Of a stretch of 64,000 nucleotides of DNA, positions 13,599 to 26,296 are shown in pieces (the first letter of the stretch is position 1; every line of letters starts with the position of its first letter). The DNA is taken from contig JAPEUI010000042.1 of the NCBI GenBank assembly GCA_026025075.1, positions 62,001 through 126,000 of the forward strand, written 5' to 3'. The notes below the pieces were generated by a model. That model was not told the origin of the DNA. It saw only the letters and a program-made list of their open reading frames with translations, and made no database searches. This stretch comes from Vezdaea acicularis (taxonomy: Eukaryota). Both the position numbers and the translations under genes were made by a program.

Positions 13599-14888
13599 AG
13601 CGCGCAAGGCGGTGCGCCGAGGAGTTAGGTTGAGCCGTCATATGGTTCCCGACGACTGGGAATGGGGGTTCGTTCGTTGGAAGTCCACAATTTAGTTGTC
13701 GTCTGGAGGCATTTCATCTTCGAATGACAGTGCATGTTAGGTAGCGAGAGGTGTCGCCCCAATGCAAACTCACTATCACATCACATCCTCACTTCTTACG
13801 ATACCAGTCCACCTACAAAGACTTGAGGAGTCATACGTGTCGGTTGCAATGGATTATTGCACTCTGTTGATGAACAATATTTGGGCGGTTTTTGATTGAT
13901 AATATTCGTCATCCGACTTTGACCTACTGCAGATCTTCATCCCCTCAACACGATTCTCCCCGCCTCCCTCACCCCCGAAGACCTTCAGACGCATCTTTCG
14001 TTTCGATCTAGTCCTTGTTTAGGATGATAGACTGATGCATCGTCCGCAACGGTATACAGTCTGTGAAGGACTGACAGCCCTATCTTTAGACCGACCTTGG
14101 CAGCTGCACGCCGAAAGTTTGATATTTGCTAGTTTTCTGACTACTATATATACTCCGCCGACCGTCTCTATGTACTTTAAGGATGGGTAGATCATATCCA
14201 GCGCACATGCCCTAAGTTTCTAAGCTTGAAAGACCTGGCCATTCTCAAGGCGTTGCCGTACATCCGCTTCTACCGCGAAGAGCAGATGTAAAGAGCTTTA
14301 AGGCAGTGCCAGACCACAATGTGCATGTACAATTTAACATGTATCATATTGCTTTATTCTTCACCACTGGCCGCTGAAATGTCGGTGCACAGGAACATAG
14401 GTTGTTCTTCCTTTTCCTATGTGAGACATTTGAACCGTAAATTCAAACCCCATCTAAAGTGGCGCAGGAACAAATCACTCATTATAGAGATTTTGACAAG
14501 GTATTAGCGCGGAGTTATGCATCCCATGTCCGAGCACAATCTTACGTCTGAACTGTGCTGCAGGACCCATAGGGTTGAATACGACACCTAGCGACGGTTG
14601 GTACTGGCGTTCGTGGTTCTCTCCAAGAGTATTTTGAAACCCAACCTACTACGCTGCAGTTTACTTCTTCGAGGTAGAGCTTTTGTCTAGTATATCCAGC
14701 TGGTCTCATCTCTCGCTGTCTGAACCTCTTATATCTTGCACGATTGTCGTCTCTAAGCTTCAGGTATAGACCTGAACGTGATTGATGCAGGGCAATCCTG
14801 CTCCGATAATCTACATCCACGGGATTGCTTTCTCCTCATCATTTTTCAATCTCTCACATGATTCTATCTCATCGACCACTTTATCGAT

Positions 14889-15980
14889 ATGCTGAGCCAA
14901 GCTTCATTGCGTACGTTGTTCCAGTGCGTTGTCTTCCTACTCAACCTAAGTTGGACCGAATCAGCCCGGGGCAGGAAATACCCTCCGCCTTGGCTGGGCC
15001 CAAATTACATACAGTGCGATGGCGAGCTTCCGGCAGAAGGTGATGCTCGGTGGGGAGATCCAAATCATAGGCATTACTATAACACTCTTACGGAGCTCTG
15101 CGCTGGGTCATCTTGGACAAGAAGGTCAATTAGCTTAGTCTGCGAAAGTCCTCAGGGCAGGCCCGTACTTATGGACATGCACTCCTGGAATGGAGTAAGT
15201 ACTCGGGACGGGTTAGTGAGGCTGTGCTTTTCTCGCTGCCGCTGCGTTGAAGAAAGCCTGCCTACACGTTCGCCTCCAATCCCGCCGTCACCATTGCCAC
15301 AAGATGTCCCAGAGCAAGACTATGTGATGGTCCCCCAAGATCAGGTTGCCGGGAGCTCAGCCCAAGGTGACAGCCTTGAGCTACCTAGTGGTGCCTTGCT
15401 CGACGACGACGAAGATGGATGGACCGAGATTTTCGGGCCCGGCGGGGAAGTGGATCGGTTCAGAGAACTTTCAGATCCAGGAACCTCCCAGAAACATTGC
15501 GAAGGCATGGAATGCCTTAACAGCGATGCAAGCACTCCCTCAGTTCCACCAGGCTCAGATCTTCCGCAGCCTAGGAAGGCAAGACGTCCCCCCGTCAGCA
15601 ACGATCTCCCGAAGCCCCGACGACCCGACCGCCGCCCCGCACCCCGTAAGTCACGTAACAAGCCCAGTATCGAGAACCCAGCGTCACAAGATCCAATCCC
15701 CTACCATCCACAGAACCTGCAACCCATCTGTGGCAACCAATGCACATCTCACGCCAACTGCCTACCTGGGTGTTACTGCCGAGCCGTTTCGCCATACGTG
15801 TATGGATTCGCCTGGAACGGATACCCGATCTTTCAAGCGTTGTGCGTACCGTTTGGGTCCGGAAACCCGGGCGAGCGTGACCCTGGTGGTTCCGGCGGTA
15901 TGAGCGGGGTGGGTTATCCCGGAAGGTCGGGCGCGATGTATGTGGCTGGCTGGACTCAGCGGTACAGACGGGATAAGTGA
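14889..15980 (+). CDS. Putative secreted Cys-rich protein with Pro/acidic linker (orphan)
   Basis: Hydrophobic N-terminus (LFQCVVFLLNLSWTESA) and two Cys clusters separated by a Pro/Arg-rich linker. A possible 3' intron (GTGAGG near 15977) makes the end uncertain. Confidence 0.6.
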   Translation: MLSQASLRTLFQCVVFLLNLSWTESARGRKYPPPWLGPNYIQCDGELPAEGDARWGDPNHRHYYNTLTELCAGSSWTRRSISLVCESPQGRPVLMDMHSWNGVSTRDGLVRLCFSRCRCVEESLPTRSPPIPPSPLPQDVPEQDYVMVPQDQVAGSSAQGDSLELPSGALLDDDEDGWTEIFGPGGEVDRFRELSDPGTSQKHCEGMECLNSDASTPSVPPGSDLPQPRKARRPPVSNDLPKPRRPDRRPAPRKSRNKPSIENPASQDPIPYHPQNLQPICGNQCTSHANCLPGCYCRAVSPYVYGFAWNGYPIFQALCVPFGSGNPGERDPGGSGGMSGVGYPGRSGAMYVAGWTQRYRRDK

Positions 15981-17670
15981 GGCAGCTCTCAAGGAGCCAA
16001 GTATCGATCGGCCCATTCACTCGCCATTTCCGATTGCCTCCACACCATATCAATAGATACAAAAGGTCATCACGGTACTTCCTACATTTTTCCGTTCCTT
16101 GCAGGCGTTATACGACACGCGATCTATTTCCTCTCCTTCTATATGATTCGCCGGCTACCACTCCGTACGCAAATGAAACTGCACGGAGTCAAATCAGGGT
16201 ACTTAAACCCCCATAGAGGCATCCGCACTCCCATCTTACTGCTCGTCTTTAACACTCTGCTATTTCCTAACTGACGACCTCACTAATCATTCACCCGGGG
16301 CCGCCCCACTCTCCCATGGAACCTCTAAGTTGCAGCCAGGGGTGCGGCAAATTATCACTCGCACGTTAATAGACAAATAGTAGACGGTGAGCCGCTTTCT
16401 GTCACACTGGCGGAACCACAGAGAGGTTGTTAGAGGCCGAGAAGTAGGCTCAAGTTCAATTTTTTTTCTGTGCGCTTCTTCAAATCTCTTGGATGGGTGG
16501 GAGTAATAGATGAATGATGAAGAGTTCATTGACGCCGAAGCAGAACGGCGGTTATGTAGTATATGTCTCGCCCGCTAAGGTTTCCTCCAATTGGGGGGTG
16601 AAAAGCTTTCCTCCTCGCTGTAAACAGTATCATGTAATATATAGTGGGAAGGGGGGGGAGGGCAAAAGTCTGAATACACCTTGGCCTCGCTCCACGCGCC
16701 GAAGTGTATTCAGACTTCTGCCCCCTCCCCCCCACTGCAACAAAGCCACCGCCGAACTCCCAAGCTAGGATCTCAACTCAGATGTCTCCTTTGTGTTTAT
16801 TCTCAGGATCTAAGACCAAAGCCTATAGTTCCAAGAGAAACTAGTCAACCCGAAGATCTTCTAGAAGCCTCCATTCCACCTGGAAGCATGCCACGCGCTA
16901 AAAGAGGTGTCAAATAGCCTCTAGTGCCAGTCCTCGCAACAAACGCAGCCACTCATATTTTAAAAAAAAGGGTAGCGTTCCTCGCTAGCCTCTGCTGCTA
17001 AGGACATTATATTTTCGAAATGCGTTAACTACACACATATTTTAGTAGATTTCAATCATTATATGTGAACAAAAAAGTAATTGGAAGGTTGGCTTCCCTT
17101 CTTCGCCTACAATCATCGTTCGTACACACTGTACCACTCCATCGGCGAGACCATGACGTCTTCGCAGAGTACTGATGACAGTTTCCGATACCGAAAGTTG
17201 TCTTTCACGAGTTTGCAGTGGTCTGACATGTTTAAATGATATTTATGCATTTACTGGGGGCGCAGCTATAAATCTGATGAGATGAGAGGAATGATACAAT
17301 CTGGTGGCACGTCCCGACAAGCACCGCCGACCAACGACGTCCTCTCACGATTCAATCTGCCGCCAAATTCCGATCTTTTCCATCCCCGTCCTTCCGATTA
17401 AAAGCGCTCAAATTCTGTTTCCCTGATTTCTCATGCCCGTCACTCGTTACCAAAAACATAGACAAAAAAGAATATTGTATATCAGAGGGGATTGACGAGA
17501 TGAGAACTGGTGTTTTTTTTTTTGGCAAGATTCATGTCTGGAGACATTCGATGATGATGAAAACAGATGACAGATGAAGGAGACAGGATAAGGAGACCGG
17601 AGTGACAAAAGCAGATCTTATGGCAATGAAATAGGTCACATCACTCCTCTCATATCATCAGCGTTGATCC

Positions 17671-20262
17671 TTACTCGGTGTGATTCTCCCAGTTCATGTA
17701 ATCATGGACCATTTCCGGAAATTGCTGAGAGAGCCCCTGGCCACTGATGGCATCGATTGGCGGAAACATGTCCTCGACGCTGTCCATGGTGGATGACTCA
17801 CCGGACGAGAACAGGCTGAAATCCTGCGTCGGCCGGCCGGCAGTAGGAATGAGATCGCCAAAGCCTTCGTCCACGGAATCACTGGTCTCCGTGTGAGGAG
17901 TATAGAGCATGGCATTGGCTTGCGCTCCAGGCGATAAGTGAACGTGATCATGGTCTCGCTCGGGTAGCCGAGCGGATCGGGTCGAGAAATCATTATATGG
18001 ACGCTGCTCGATAGACTGACTGGGTGTCAGGAGCTGGAGCTGTTCCGGTGTTGGCACCTGAACGCGATACGAATTCAAGTCATTGAAATTGAAGTCGACG
18101 GAGGGGTCAAACTCATGATGTGAGCCAGAAGCATCAGGATGATAATCTCGGTGAATGTCCATGGCGTCCGATCCTTCCACAAAAGGAGGCAACCCTGGAT
18201 AGTTGAAGGGGTCGTGAAGGCTTAAGAAGTGATCGCCCAAAGCATCTTCACCTGGAGTGCCAAAATGATGTGCGTCAACGGGATACAAATGTCCGTAAGG
18301 ATCTTGCCGCGCCTCCACGGGGGATTCGGGCGAGATTGGTGTAGGCATGGTGTACGAATCGGGAGTATTCATCGTGTCATCAGGACTGGTCGATGATGAC
18401 TGCTTGCGCGCCTTGCCATTGTTCTTAGAGCGAATGTATGTCCAGTTGTGGGATTTCTCCATGTGCTGCTTGCAGTTGCTCTCTCGCTTGGACCGGTAAG
18501 AGCAGGGCTTGAATTGACATTCGTACATGGCTGGAGCGTCGGAGTGTTTGTCATTCACATGGCGGTCCCGTTCCTTCTCAGTTGGCCAGCCTTGAGTGTA
18601 ATACTTGCAAAGCTTGTCAGAGCACTTCCAGGGACGCGTATGTGTCTTCTCATGCTTGGTAAGGTCGCATGGCCGCTTGAATTCCTTTCCGCAGTCGGAG
18701 CAGGTTTGTACAGCTGGCTCCTTTGCCGCATCCGAATTGAGTCGACGTTTGCCAGCACGGCGTGCCATTGACCTTAAAGCCGAGTCTTCGTCGTCACATG
18801 ACTGCTGGCTGGAAGAACGCTTCAAGGGAATGGAGCGTGGCTCAGTCATTGGCTCTTCGATCTCCTGACCGGTGGTGATGGAAATCGTCCTACCATTCCT
18901 CACTCTGACGAGTTCGGCACGTTGTCCGGTTTGGCTGAGGCCACCATGAAGGGCAACGCGCTCATTCCTGTGCGACGGATCTTTCATTAGCACTGTACCA
19001 GCTGTTGAGGGATTGGTGACTAACGGTGAGTAGTCCAATTCGCTGGGCGAGGCGCCAGCCGCCTGCCTCTGGCGAGAAGCAGCCATGATGTCGGCGTAAT
19101 GGCGGACCTGCTGGACGAGGTCAAGGAAATAACCAGTCGTGTAGGCTCGGTCCGATGGACGTCGCTGGTCACGGTCGGCGATATGATCGACAGTGGCCTG
19201 GATGCACTGGATGGAGGTTTCACAGAAGTTGAGGTATAGGGCAGGGGATTTGGCCCTTTCCTTTACGCCGGAAGACAACCAGTGAGTAAGGTCACTTTCG
19301 GTAAGACTCTGGCAGTCACTTACTGGTGCTAGAAGGAGTAAGGTTTTTTCCAAGTCACGAAGACAAAGGATCTCTTTTTCGTTGATCCTTCGCGGAACGT
19401 CGCGGACAAGAGGGTGGAAGTCCTTTAGGAAGGACCTGTGGAGGATAGGAGCGAGTATGCGTTTGCGAATCTGGTCGACGGCGTGAGCGCTGAGAGAGCG
19501 TTGAGAGGCCTGGGTTGACGGGTTGAGGGCGGAGTGAGATCTAGTTATAGCCGTAACGCTGCGAGTCGATGAGGAGTCGGTTGTTGCAGCCGAGACTGGC
19601 GCAGCACGGCGAGTACGGCGGGAATTGATAGCGGTGACTGGTGGCTTGTTAGCACGCTTGGGCGGAGATAACGCTTGAGGAGGCATACATTGGTTGGTGG
19701 GTTCGTCGCAATCCGACGATAAGTTGATGCTGCCCGTGATTGTGGATCCAATTCCACTGTCCGATGAATGATGTTTATGGCCTGCTCGAGTTGGAAGGCG
19801 GTTTCCTGTTCGGCGAGAACGGTTAACGGTGCTTTTATCCTGATGGTGTCCCGCTCCACTGGTCGGGCTTGATGTGTCAGAAGCCGCGGCGTCGAGGACC
19901 ATCCGGGGTAGAGGTAATTCCTCCTCACGGACGGCGAGGTCTCTCCTCGAAATCGTGGAGCCAGCGTCGGCCAGACCACGATCGAGAGAGTTGATCAGTG
20001 CAGCCATGCGACGCTCACGACCAGCGACGACCTCTTCCAGGGCCTTAGGACATGTTGACGCTCGCTGGGGAGGAGATGGAGCAGTGACGATGGGATCAGA
20101 ACACTCCGACGGTGGAGTGGGGGGGCAATGAAAGGTTCTTCCTTTTCTCAAGGGCATACTGTGGCTAATGGGGGTCCGGGACGGAGTGCTGGTCGCAGCA
20201 GACGAATCGGCCTGTCGAGTCACGGAGTTCTTGTCAGGACGTGGGGTACGGGACGATGACAT
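17671..20262 (-). CDS. sltA: C2H2 zinc-finger transcription factor SltA/Ace1/StzA
   Basis: Three fingers CSDCGKEFKRPCDLTKHEKTH, WKC...GWPTEKERDRHVNDKH and YECQFKPCSYRSKRESNCKQHMEKSH. Conserved SDSGIGS and ILCLRDLEKTL blocks. Introns at 19638-19688, 19261-19323 and 18968-19024. Confidence 0.88.
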   Translation of the reverse strand: MSSSRTPRPDKNSVTRQADSSAATSTPSRTPISHSMPLRKGRTFHCPPTPPSECSDPIVTAPSPPQRASTCPKALEEVVAGRERRMAALINSLDRGLADAGSTISRRDLAVREEELPLPRMVLDAAASDTSSPTSGAGHHQDKSTVNRSRRTGNRLPTRAGHKHHSSDSGIGSTITGSINLSSDCDEPTNQCMPPQALSPPKRANKPPVTAINSRRTRRAAPVSAATTDSSSTRSVTAITRSHSALNPSTQASQRSLSAHAVDQIRKRILAPILHRSFLKDFHPLVRDVPRRINEKEILCLRDLEKTLLLLAPVSDCQSLTESDLTHWLSSGVKERAKSPALYLNFCETSIQCIQATVDHIADRDQRRPSDRAYTTGYFLDLVQQVRHYADIMAASRQRQAAGASPSELDYSPLVTNPSTAGTVLMKDPSHRNERVALHGGLSQTGQRAELVRVRNGRTISITTGQEIEEPMTEPRSIPLKRSSSQQSCDDEDSALRSMARRAGKRRLNSDAAKEPAVQTCSDCGKEFKRPCDLTKHEKTHTRPWKCSDKLCKYYTQGWPTEKERDRHVNDKHSDAPAMYECQFKPCSYRSKRESNCKQHMEKSHNWTYIRSKNNGKARKQSSSTSPDDTMNTPDSYTMPTPISPESPVEARQDPYGHLYPVDAHHFGTPGEDALGDHFLSLHDPFNYPGLPPFVEGSDAMDIHRDYHPDASGSHHEFDPSVDFNFNDLNSYRVQVPTPEQLQLLTPSQSIEQRPYNDFSTRSARLPERDHDHVHLSPGAQANAMLYTPHTETSDSVDEGFGDLIPTAGRPTQDFSLFSSGESSTMDSVEDMFPPIDAISGQGLSQQFPEMVHDYMNWENHTE

Positions 20263-23200
20263 CCTAGAGAGTCAGGCCACCAGTCCCGGGGAAGCGGTGA
20301 TATATGTGTGCGAGGGTCAACCGGAGAGGTATCTAATCTGGGTCGAGTTAGCACGCATGAAATGCACGCCTCGAAACTTAGGATGACTCACGGGCTATGA
20401 CTATGATACCAGACCGGTGTCTTATTCGTCAATGGCCCCAAGCTTGGCGATGGTCACGACCCTTGACCACACAGGAGGTTGAGTATAAGTGTCAGAGCGG
20501 AACCGCCAACCACAGCTGTATGGTGATGATGTCCGGCGGTCGAGCTGGTGTTTTGTGGGGGACGGTCTGGTGGTGGCGAGCGGACCACACCCACGATGAG
20601 GAGGGAGCGAGAGGAGAGAGGTGGGAGTGCAGCCCTATAAGGATGACGAGGGCACGAAGTGGAGTCGGGAAATCAGGCAGACACGAACGAGACGGAGGTG
20701 CAGCGTGGCCGTTATAAGAGGAGCGATGCGTGTGAGGAAGGAGGACGACTGCGGACGGCGAGCGGCACAGCAGGTCGAACTAATCTCCCGATGCGGAGTA
20801 ACAGCAAAGCAAAGCGCGGTGGAGCAAAGTGGAAGTGAGCAGAATCGGCGGGTCGAGCGTGGTGGTTTGGTGGCAGTGGGAAAGAAGAAGGAGGAGGTGA
20901 GAGTCGAGGACGATGGGATTCAGCAGAGAGCAGGTCGTCGGGCTCACCAGGCTGTCTTTGAGATGTCGACGTTTAGGCAACAGCGCGAGGGTGCTCTGTC
21001 GGCCGCGTCCGCCGTAGCCTCCGTCCAATGATCTGGTTGGTTCGTCAGACGAATGAGGCTTGCGGCTTGTGCTGTGGCTGGAGTGGCTGAGCAGTTCGAC
21101 GGCCCCCATTTGCTCGGCAGCTCGCTCACAGGGCATCTATCTCCTGGACGCGTCGATCCCCAACGACAAATGCCAATAGCAGCTTCGGGAGCCTCTGATT
21201 TGTTCGGGCACGAGCACAGGACGAAAGCCCCCTTTCCCCACCAAAAGATATCGTTACCATCATCGCCTGAAGACAGGGACAGCTCGCGCCTTACGCAGGA
21301 GATCCGGCCCAACAGATGCCCACGCTGCGGCTCTCCCTCTGACCAGCGGCGGTCACTGGACCGGGAGCGGCGCCGTTATGACGGAAGAATCAGGACAGCA
21401 TCGGGACAACGTCCCACCATCCCCCGCTTCCCGTGGAAACAATGAGAAGGCCATGGGGCGGGCGCCCTACTGTCAACAGAGCACTTCCATCGCCGTCCTC
21501 GACGGTGCTCTCGCACGACGCGGCTCATGTTGCGCGTTGATTGCGACACCCTTGGTGAGACCCCACCACCCGTTTGGGCCTGCGTCGTCGTCAGCCGCTG
21601 CGAGGCATCCCCCAGCATCCCACCGCCCATCGCCAGACAGGTGACGGGGGAAGCGAGAGAAGGTGGTCGACGGCTTTGGAAGTCAGTGGTCGCGCGCGTC
21701 CTGGGAGATTCCGACGTGGCACGATCGGCTCCTCCTCCGGTGCGACCGGCGTTATCGGCGCGCGGTTAATGAGCCGCTGACCAATTCAGCTCCGACTGGT
21801 TGCCCCGTCGCTACGAAGCCAAATCAGCGCGCTCCGAGTAGATGCGGAACGGGCAGCGGAGAGAGGACGACGGGGAGAACTCGTCGCTTGCGGGGGGGCA
21901 GCCTCGGAACATCTCAAACGCAAGTCGTCGAGGATGCACATCGCGTGGTGAGAGGGCAACGAAGAGGGAAGGAAAGAGCGCGATCTGGCTCTTTCCTCTC
22001 CCGGCCCCGTCAGCGTCATCTGCTATCGATTGGTCCAGGACAGCCAACGACTGCGCGACCTTGGCCTTGACTCATTGGTGACTCGGTTCGCTCCTTCCCC
22101 CTCAACCCCGTAAGGTGCCCGCTTTTCGGTTGTCGCGCACCGCGCCAGCGCTGGGCAAACGAGAGTCGAGTCCCTCCAGACCGTAAGGCGCCGCGATTGA
22201 CCAGACTCAGATGGGGAGTGGAGCCGGACGTGCTCGGCGAAAAGCTTCATCTCATGAGAGGAGCTGGTCAGCTCATCCCACTATGATGTCACCGCCTGCC
22301 AATGCGCAGCCAAAGCTCTACGCTCGAGCTGGAGTAGCTCCATCATCATCCTAAGGCAGAAGGCGGTCGCGCCGCTCGGCGAAGCGAAGCGCTGTCCCCC
22401 ATTGCCTCGCCCTAGCCGGTGCTCTCCAGCGCGGGCGACGCGGGCGACGCGGGCAATGCGGGGGCCAAACGCTAATTGCGGGAGGTTTCCCCCAACAAAG
22501 TTCCGAGCGTTGTCCGAGCAGGGCCAAATCGCAGAAACGACTTCTCACGCGGGGAGAAAACAGACCCTGTCCAGCTGACGCTGAAACATCCAGCATGCAC
22601 CATGTCGCATGAGTTGAAGAATTAATTGCGTTGCGATAACCCGACCTTTGCAATTGAACCGGTCAGCTTCAGTCGGCGCAGCACTAAGTCCGTGCAACCG
22701 GTGTCGCTTTGCCGCAACGCGCCCCACCTGCTCGAGGCTTTGCCTTCTCGGGAAGAATTCTTATCGAAGCTATGAGCTTTTGTTCAGCTACAGACAGCGA
22801 GCGCTCAGAGTCAATTCTATTCCAATTGTCGATATGACGTCAGGTGGGGACATTGACTGGTGCAGTCCTGGAGCCGAGTGGCCGCTCATTGTTGCAGGAA
22901 GCAATAGGGCAAATGGCTTGTCCCCAAAGTGATAGTACGGCGTAAGAAAGCTCACTCTGCATCATGAACAAACGCAAAGCATAAGTTGACGGTGGTTTTA
23001 CGTACCAATCCATAGGTTTAGTGTACCAAGATAAGTAAGCTCTTTTAAGTAAGTAAGGTACGCGGGCACTTAGAGCCGGTCAATTCTTCCCAAATTGGAA
23101 ATGGGGTCGAGTCATCGGCATAAAGATTAAACGTGTATCTTGCAGCAATGGGTGTTCGTTCGAACGTCCTCCACTCGAAAGCTAATATTCTGTGGGATTG

Positions 23201-23989
23201 AGAGAGTCAAGCTTCGTTCGGCAGAACATCTGATTAGCTTCTCGGAAACGTAAGAAGATTAATGACGCCAGATGAAATTCGCTTGAGTAGATTTCGCGTC
23301 AAGTGCCTAGGTTTAGACGCGACGCGTGTTGATTTGACGCGAGACCACGTGCAAGCTTTGCCCGTTTCGGTAGTTCATCGTTCTGCCCGTAAAGTTCGAT
23401 TTCTTTCGTTGTATCTCAACATGAGCGGTTTCAGACGATCAAAATACCCTCTCTCTCTCGCCACCTAGAACCCAGGCGGGATGTGTAGAGAGCACTGTTG
23501 TTTTTCTAGAACTGACAGTCAACGTCCAAAGGGGTTGGCGGCAACGATCGCACCTCTGAAACATTCTCTGGCGAGCGTTTGAGCTTGCCACCGAATATTC
23601 GGCCCCAACCACTTCATTGGCTATCCTCAGCTAGATCGTACCCCTCAGTTCTGGAAGGATAGGGGAGCGTCTTTGCACGCTCTACGGTGCTGATAAGTAA
23701 TGTTGCGCCTCCGCAACATTTGACCTCTTGTTTTCTGTCCTTTGTTCTGCCTAAGAGTCGTCGACGATTCACGCTCCTTACATTGTTCAACCTGCTGGCC
23801 AGTGTTGTATTCACTTCTCTGAACAAATATCACATTCTTTACAAAGAAGTCGCTCATTCCTGTTCATATCTAGCATTCTAGCATTCCAGCATTCTAGCAG
23901 AAGATTGTCCTCAACTCCATTTGATAACCGTCAAGCTACAGACAATTTTAAAAAAATCTTCACATTATCAGCTGCACCACATTGTCAAA

Positions 23990-24673
23990 ATGAGCCTCCG
24001 GAAGACTCTCTACAATCTCCTTCCGATCCTCCTTGCCCTCCCTGGCGCCCTCGCCTCTCCTGTCTCTACCCGAGCAGCCGGCATCACCACAGCCCAGCTA
24101 CTAGCCATTGCTCCCACATCCGGCACCTGCGCGGGCGCTCCATTCCCTGCCGAATGCTCAACCGCCGACCACGCCGTTCCCTTCATCAACGGAGCGCTCA
24201 TCACGTACGGCATCACATCTCCATACGAGCAAGCCGCCATCATCTCCACCATGGCCTTCGAAAGCGGCGACTTCAAATACAACCGCAACCACTACCCTGC
24301 CCCCGGCCGCCCCGGGCAGGGAACGCGAAACATGCAGATGAGCACCTACAACCTGGCCTACGCGAAGAGCATCCCCGCCCTTGCGGGTCCGCTCGCACAG
24401 GTCGCCGCAACAGATCTGAATGGAGTCCTGGCACTGGTGATGGCGGACCAGTATAGCTTTGGGAGCGCGGCGTGGTTCTTGACGAGCCAGTGTGGGGCGG
24501 GCGTGAGGCAAGGCCTCCAGAGTGGGACGCAGGCTGGATGGCAGACTTATGTGAGCAGTTGCATTGGAACGACGGTCACGAGTGATCGGATGGCGTATTG
24601 GACGAGGGCGGTCCAGGCGCTGGCTGGGCAGGAGGGCGGGATGAATGGACTAGAGGGCGGTATGGGTGGCTAG
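23990..24673 (+). CDS. Secreted protein with a possible lysozyme/GH19-like fold
   Basis: ATG at 23990, signal peptide LLPILLALPGALA, four Cys. The motif QAAIISTMAFESGDFKY...GQGTRNMQ is reminiscent of the GH19/endolysin catalytic helix. Confidence 0.8.
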   Translation: MSLRKTLYNLLPILLALPGALASPVSTRAAGITTAQLLAIAPTSGTCAGAPFPAECSTADHAVPFINGALITYGITSPYEQAAIISTMAFESGDFKYNRNHYPAPGRPGQGTRNMQMSTYNLAYAKSIPALAGPLAQVAATDLNGVLALVMADQYSFGSAAWFLTSQCGAGVRQGLQSGTQAGWQTYVSSCIGTTVTSDRMAYWTRAVQALAGQEGGMNGLEGGMGG

Positions 24674-24979
24674 TAGAGAATGGTCGGATAGAAGTCAATT
24701 GAGGAGAGGGTAGATGGTAGTCTACCGCTCCTGATAAGAGGCTTTAGGGTAGGTAAAATAGAAGCATGACCTAGACCACAACGACCACATATCTATCTAT
24801 CATGAAACCATTGCAATCGCTCAGGCGGTCAGCCCGGGAAAGTTAACAACCTGATACAATGCAGCTTCATCAGGCTCATTTGAGTTCATTAAATAGACTT
24901 GAAACTTAATGCTACATTATGTACACATTTTGCTCTGTCAAACTTGCCTTGGAGGAGAGCATTTATCAAACTCAGTCCA

Positions 24980-26296
24980 CTAGACACCCCACGAGTCGAA
25001 CTCATCTGCGAGTATCAGAGCCGCCTTCAAGTACTGTTTCTGCTCATCTCCCCAAGTTTCAGCCGCTACTTTCATGGCTCTTAGGCCTTTGACGAAATGT
25101 GCATCCGTGTTATGCTTGCCTTCCACTGCCCGATTCTCTACCCATTTCCAATCGCGGCCTTTAGCGTCATGTTCTGGAATTTGTTTAATAAGAGGCCGTG
25201 ATTCCGTAATGTATGTAGTGATAACAAAAAGGAGCCATTGCCGTACGAGAGGCACATGAAGCTTTGGGGGGATTATGCCAAGTAAGACGCGCACCGCGTG
25301 GCTTGAAGTTAGAGTATGGACAAAGAAAAAGTTAAATGTTGAATTGCCTGATTCATGCGTCCCAAGTAAGAGTTTGACGGCAGCTTCTTGTGATTCACGA
25401 AACTGTTCAGTAGGATTGGTGAGATCCCACGCATTCCAGTGTTCTAAAACTAAGGCCTCATGGTCGAAGAGTACGTGCATATCTTCATCCCCTTGTGTCA
25501 CAGTGACCACGTCGAAACGCTTGTCGTTATGGATGTGATGGAGAATCTCGAGTGGGGACGTTGTACTGTAGCTTGAAGGTTTAGTGTAGCTAGGGTCATC
25601 GATGTATTTATGCATAGGGCTGTGGAAGCAGGCCGCCATTGCCAAGGCTTCCATGGCGATGTCGCGGTTGGAAAGCTCGTATGCATAGCCCAAGTGGATT
25701 AACGGGTGGGCTAGGCCTGATACTAGACTGCTGATCAAAGGCTCTGAGCCCTCAAACATATACTGCTGCAGCACTATCTTCCAGTCAAAGCTATGCCGGA
25801 CAAGCTCATCTTCGAAAAAGTCGACGAATGCACGCTGATAACTTACTCGACATTAGCACCAAGAAATGGATGCTGGAAACCAATATAGGCTGACTTACTT
25901 ACGCTGGCCAATAAATTGGCGCCAATCGTGCCTCGATACTTCGCCCGGGGAATCTTTCCATGGTTCAAGCTCCTTAGACTCTTGCTCATAGATGGTATTA
26001 AGCAACTCCGGACCAGCGCCGAGGATCCATGACGAACCCAAGATCTAAAGGAATAAGCTAGCACTGGACCAAACTGAAGACTTAAGACTCACATGGGGCA
26101 TGTGATTATGATATCTGAGATCGTAGTAGATAATGGAATGATTTACATGATTTGCTCGCAGCAAATGCTTCAAGGTCCGGGTTCGTTTGTCCTGGGAAGT
26201 TTCAATGTCATAGATTTTTACGGGCGTGACGCTGATTCCTGGGCTGGAAGGTTCACTGCGTAGCAACGGTAACTTAAAGCTAGGTAGCTGAAACAT
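24980..26296 (-). CDS. Questin oxidase-like / HypA-like oxidoreductase (DUF4243 type)
   Basis: Motifs YHNHMPH, YQRAFVDFFEDEL, SGLAHPLIHLGYAYE, NFFFVHTLTSSHA and DAHFVKGLRAM. Two introns (26045-26092 and ~25842-25902). Confidence 0.85.

Noticed and set aside
24980..26296. Questin oxidase-like gene as marker of a secondary-metabolite cluster
   Set aside because: No PKS/NRPS, tailoring enzymes or transporter nearby; most neighbours are housekeeping genes.
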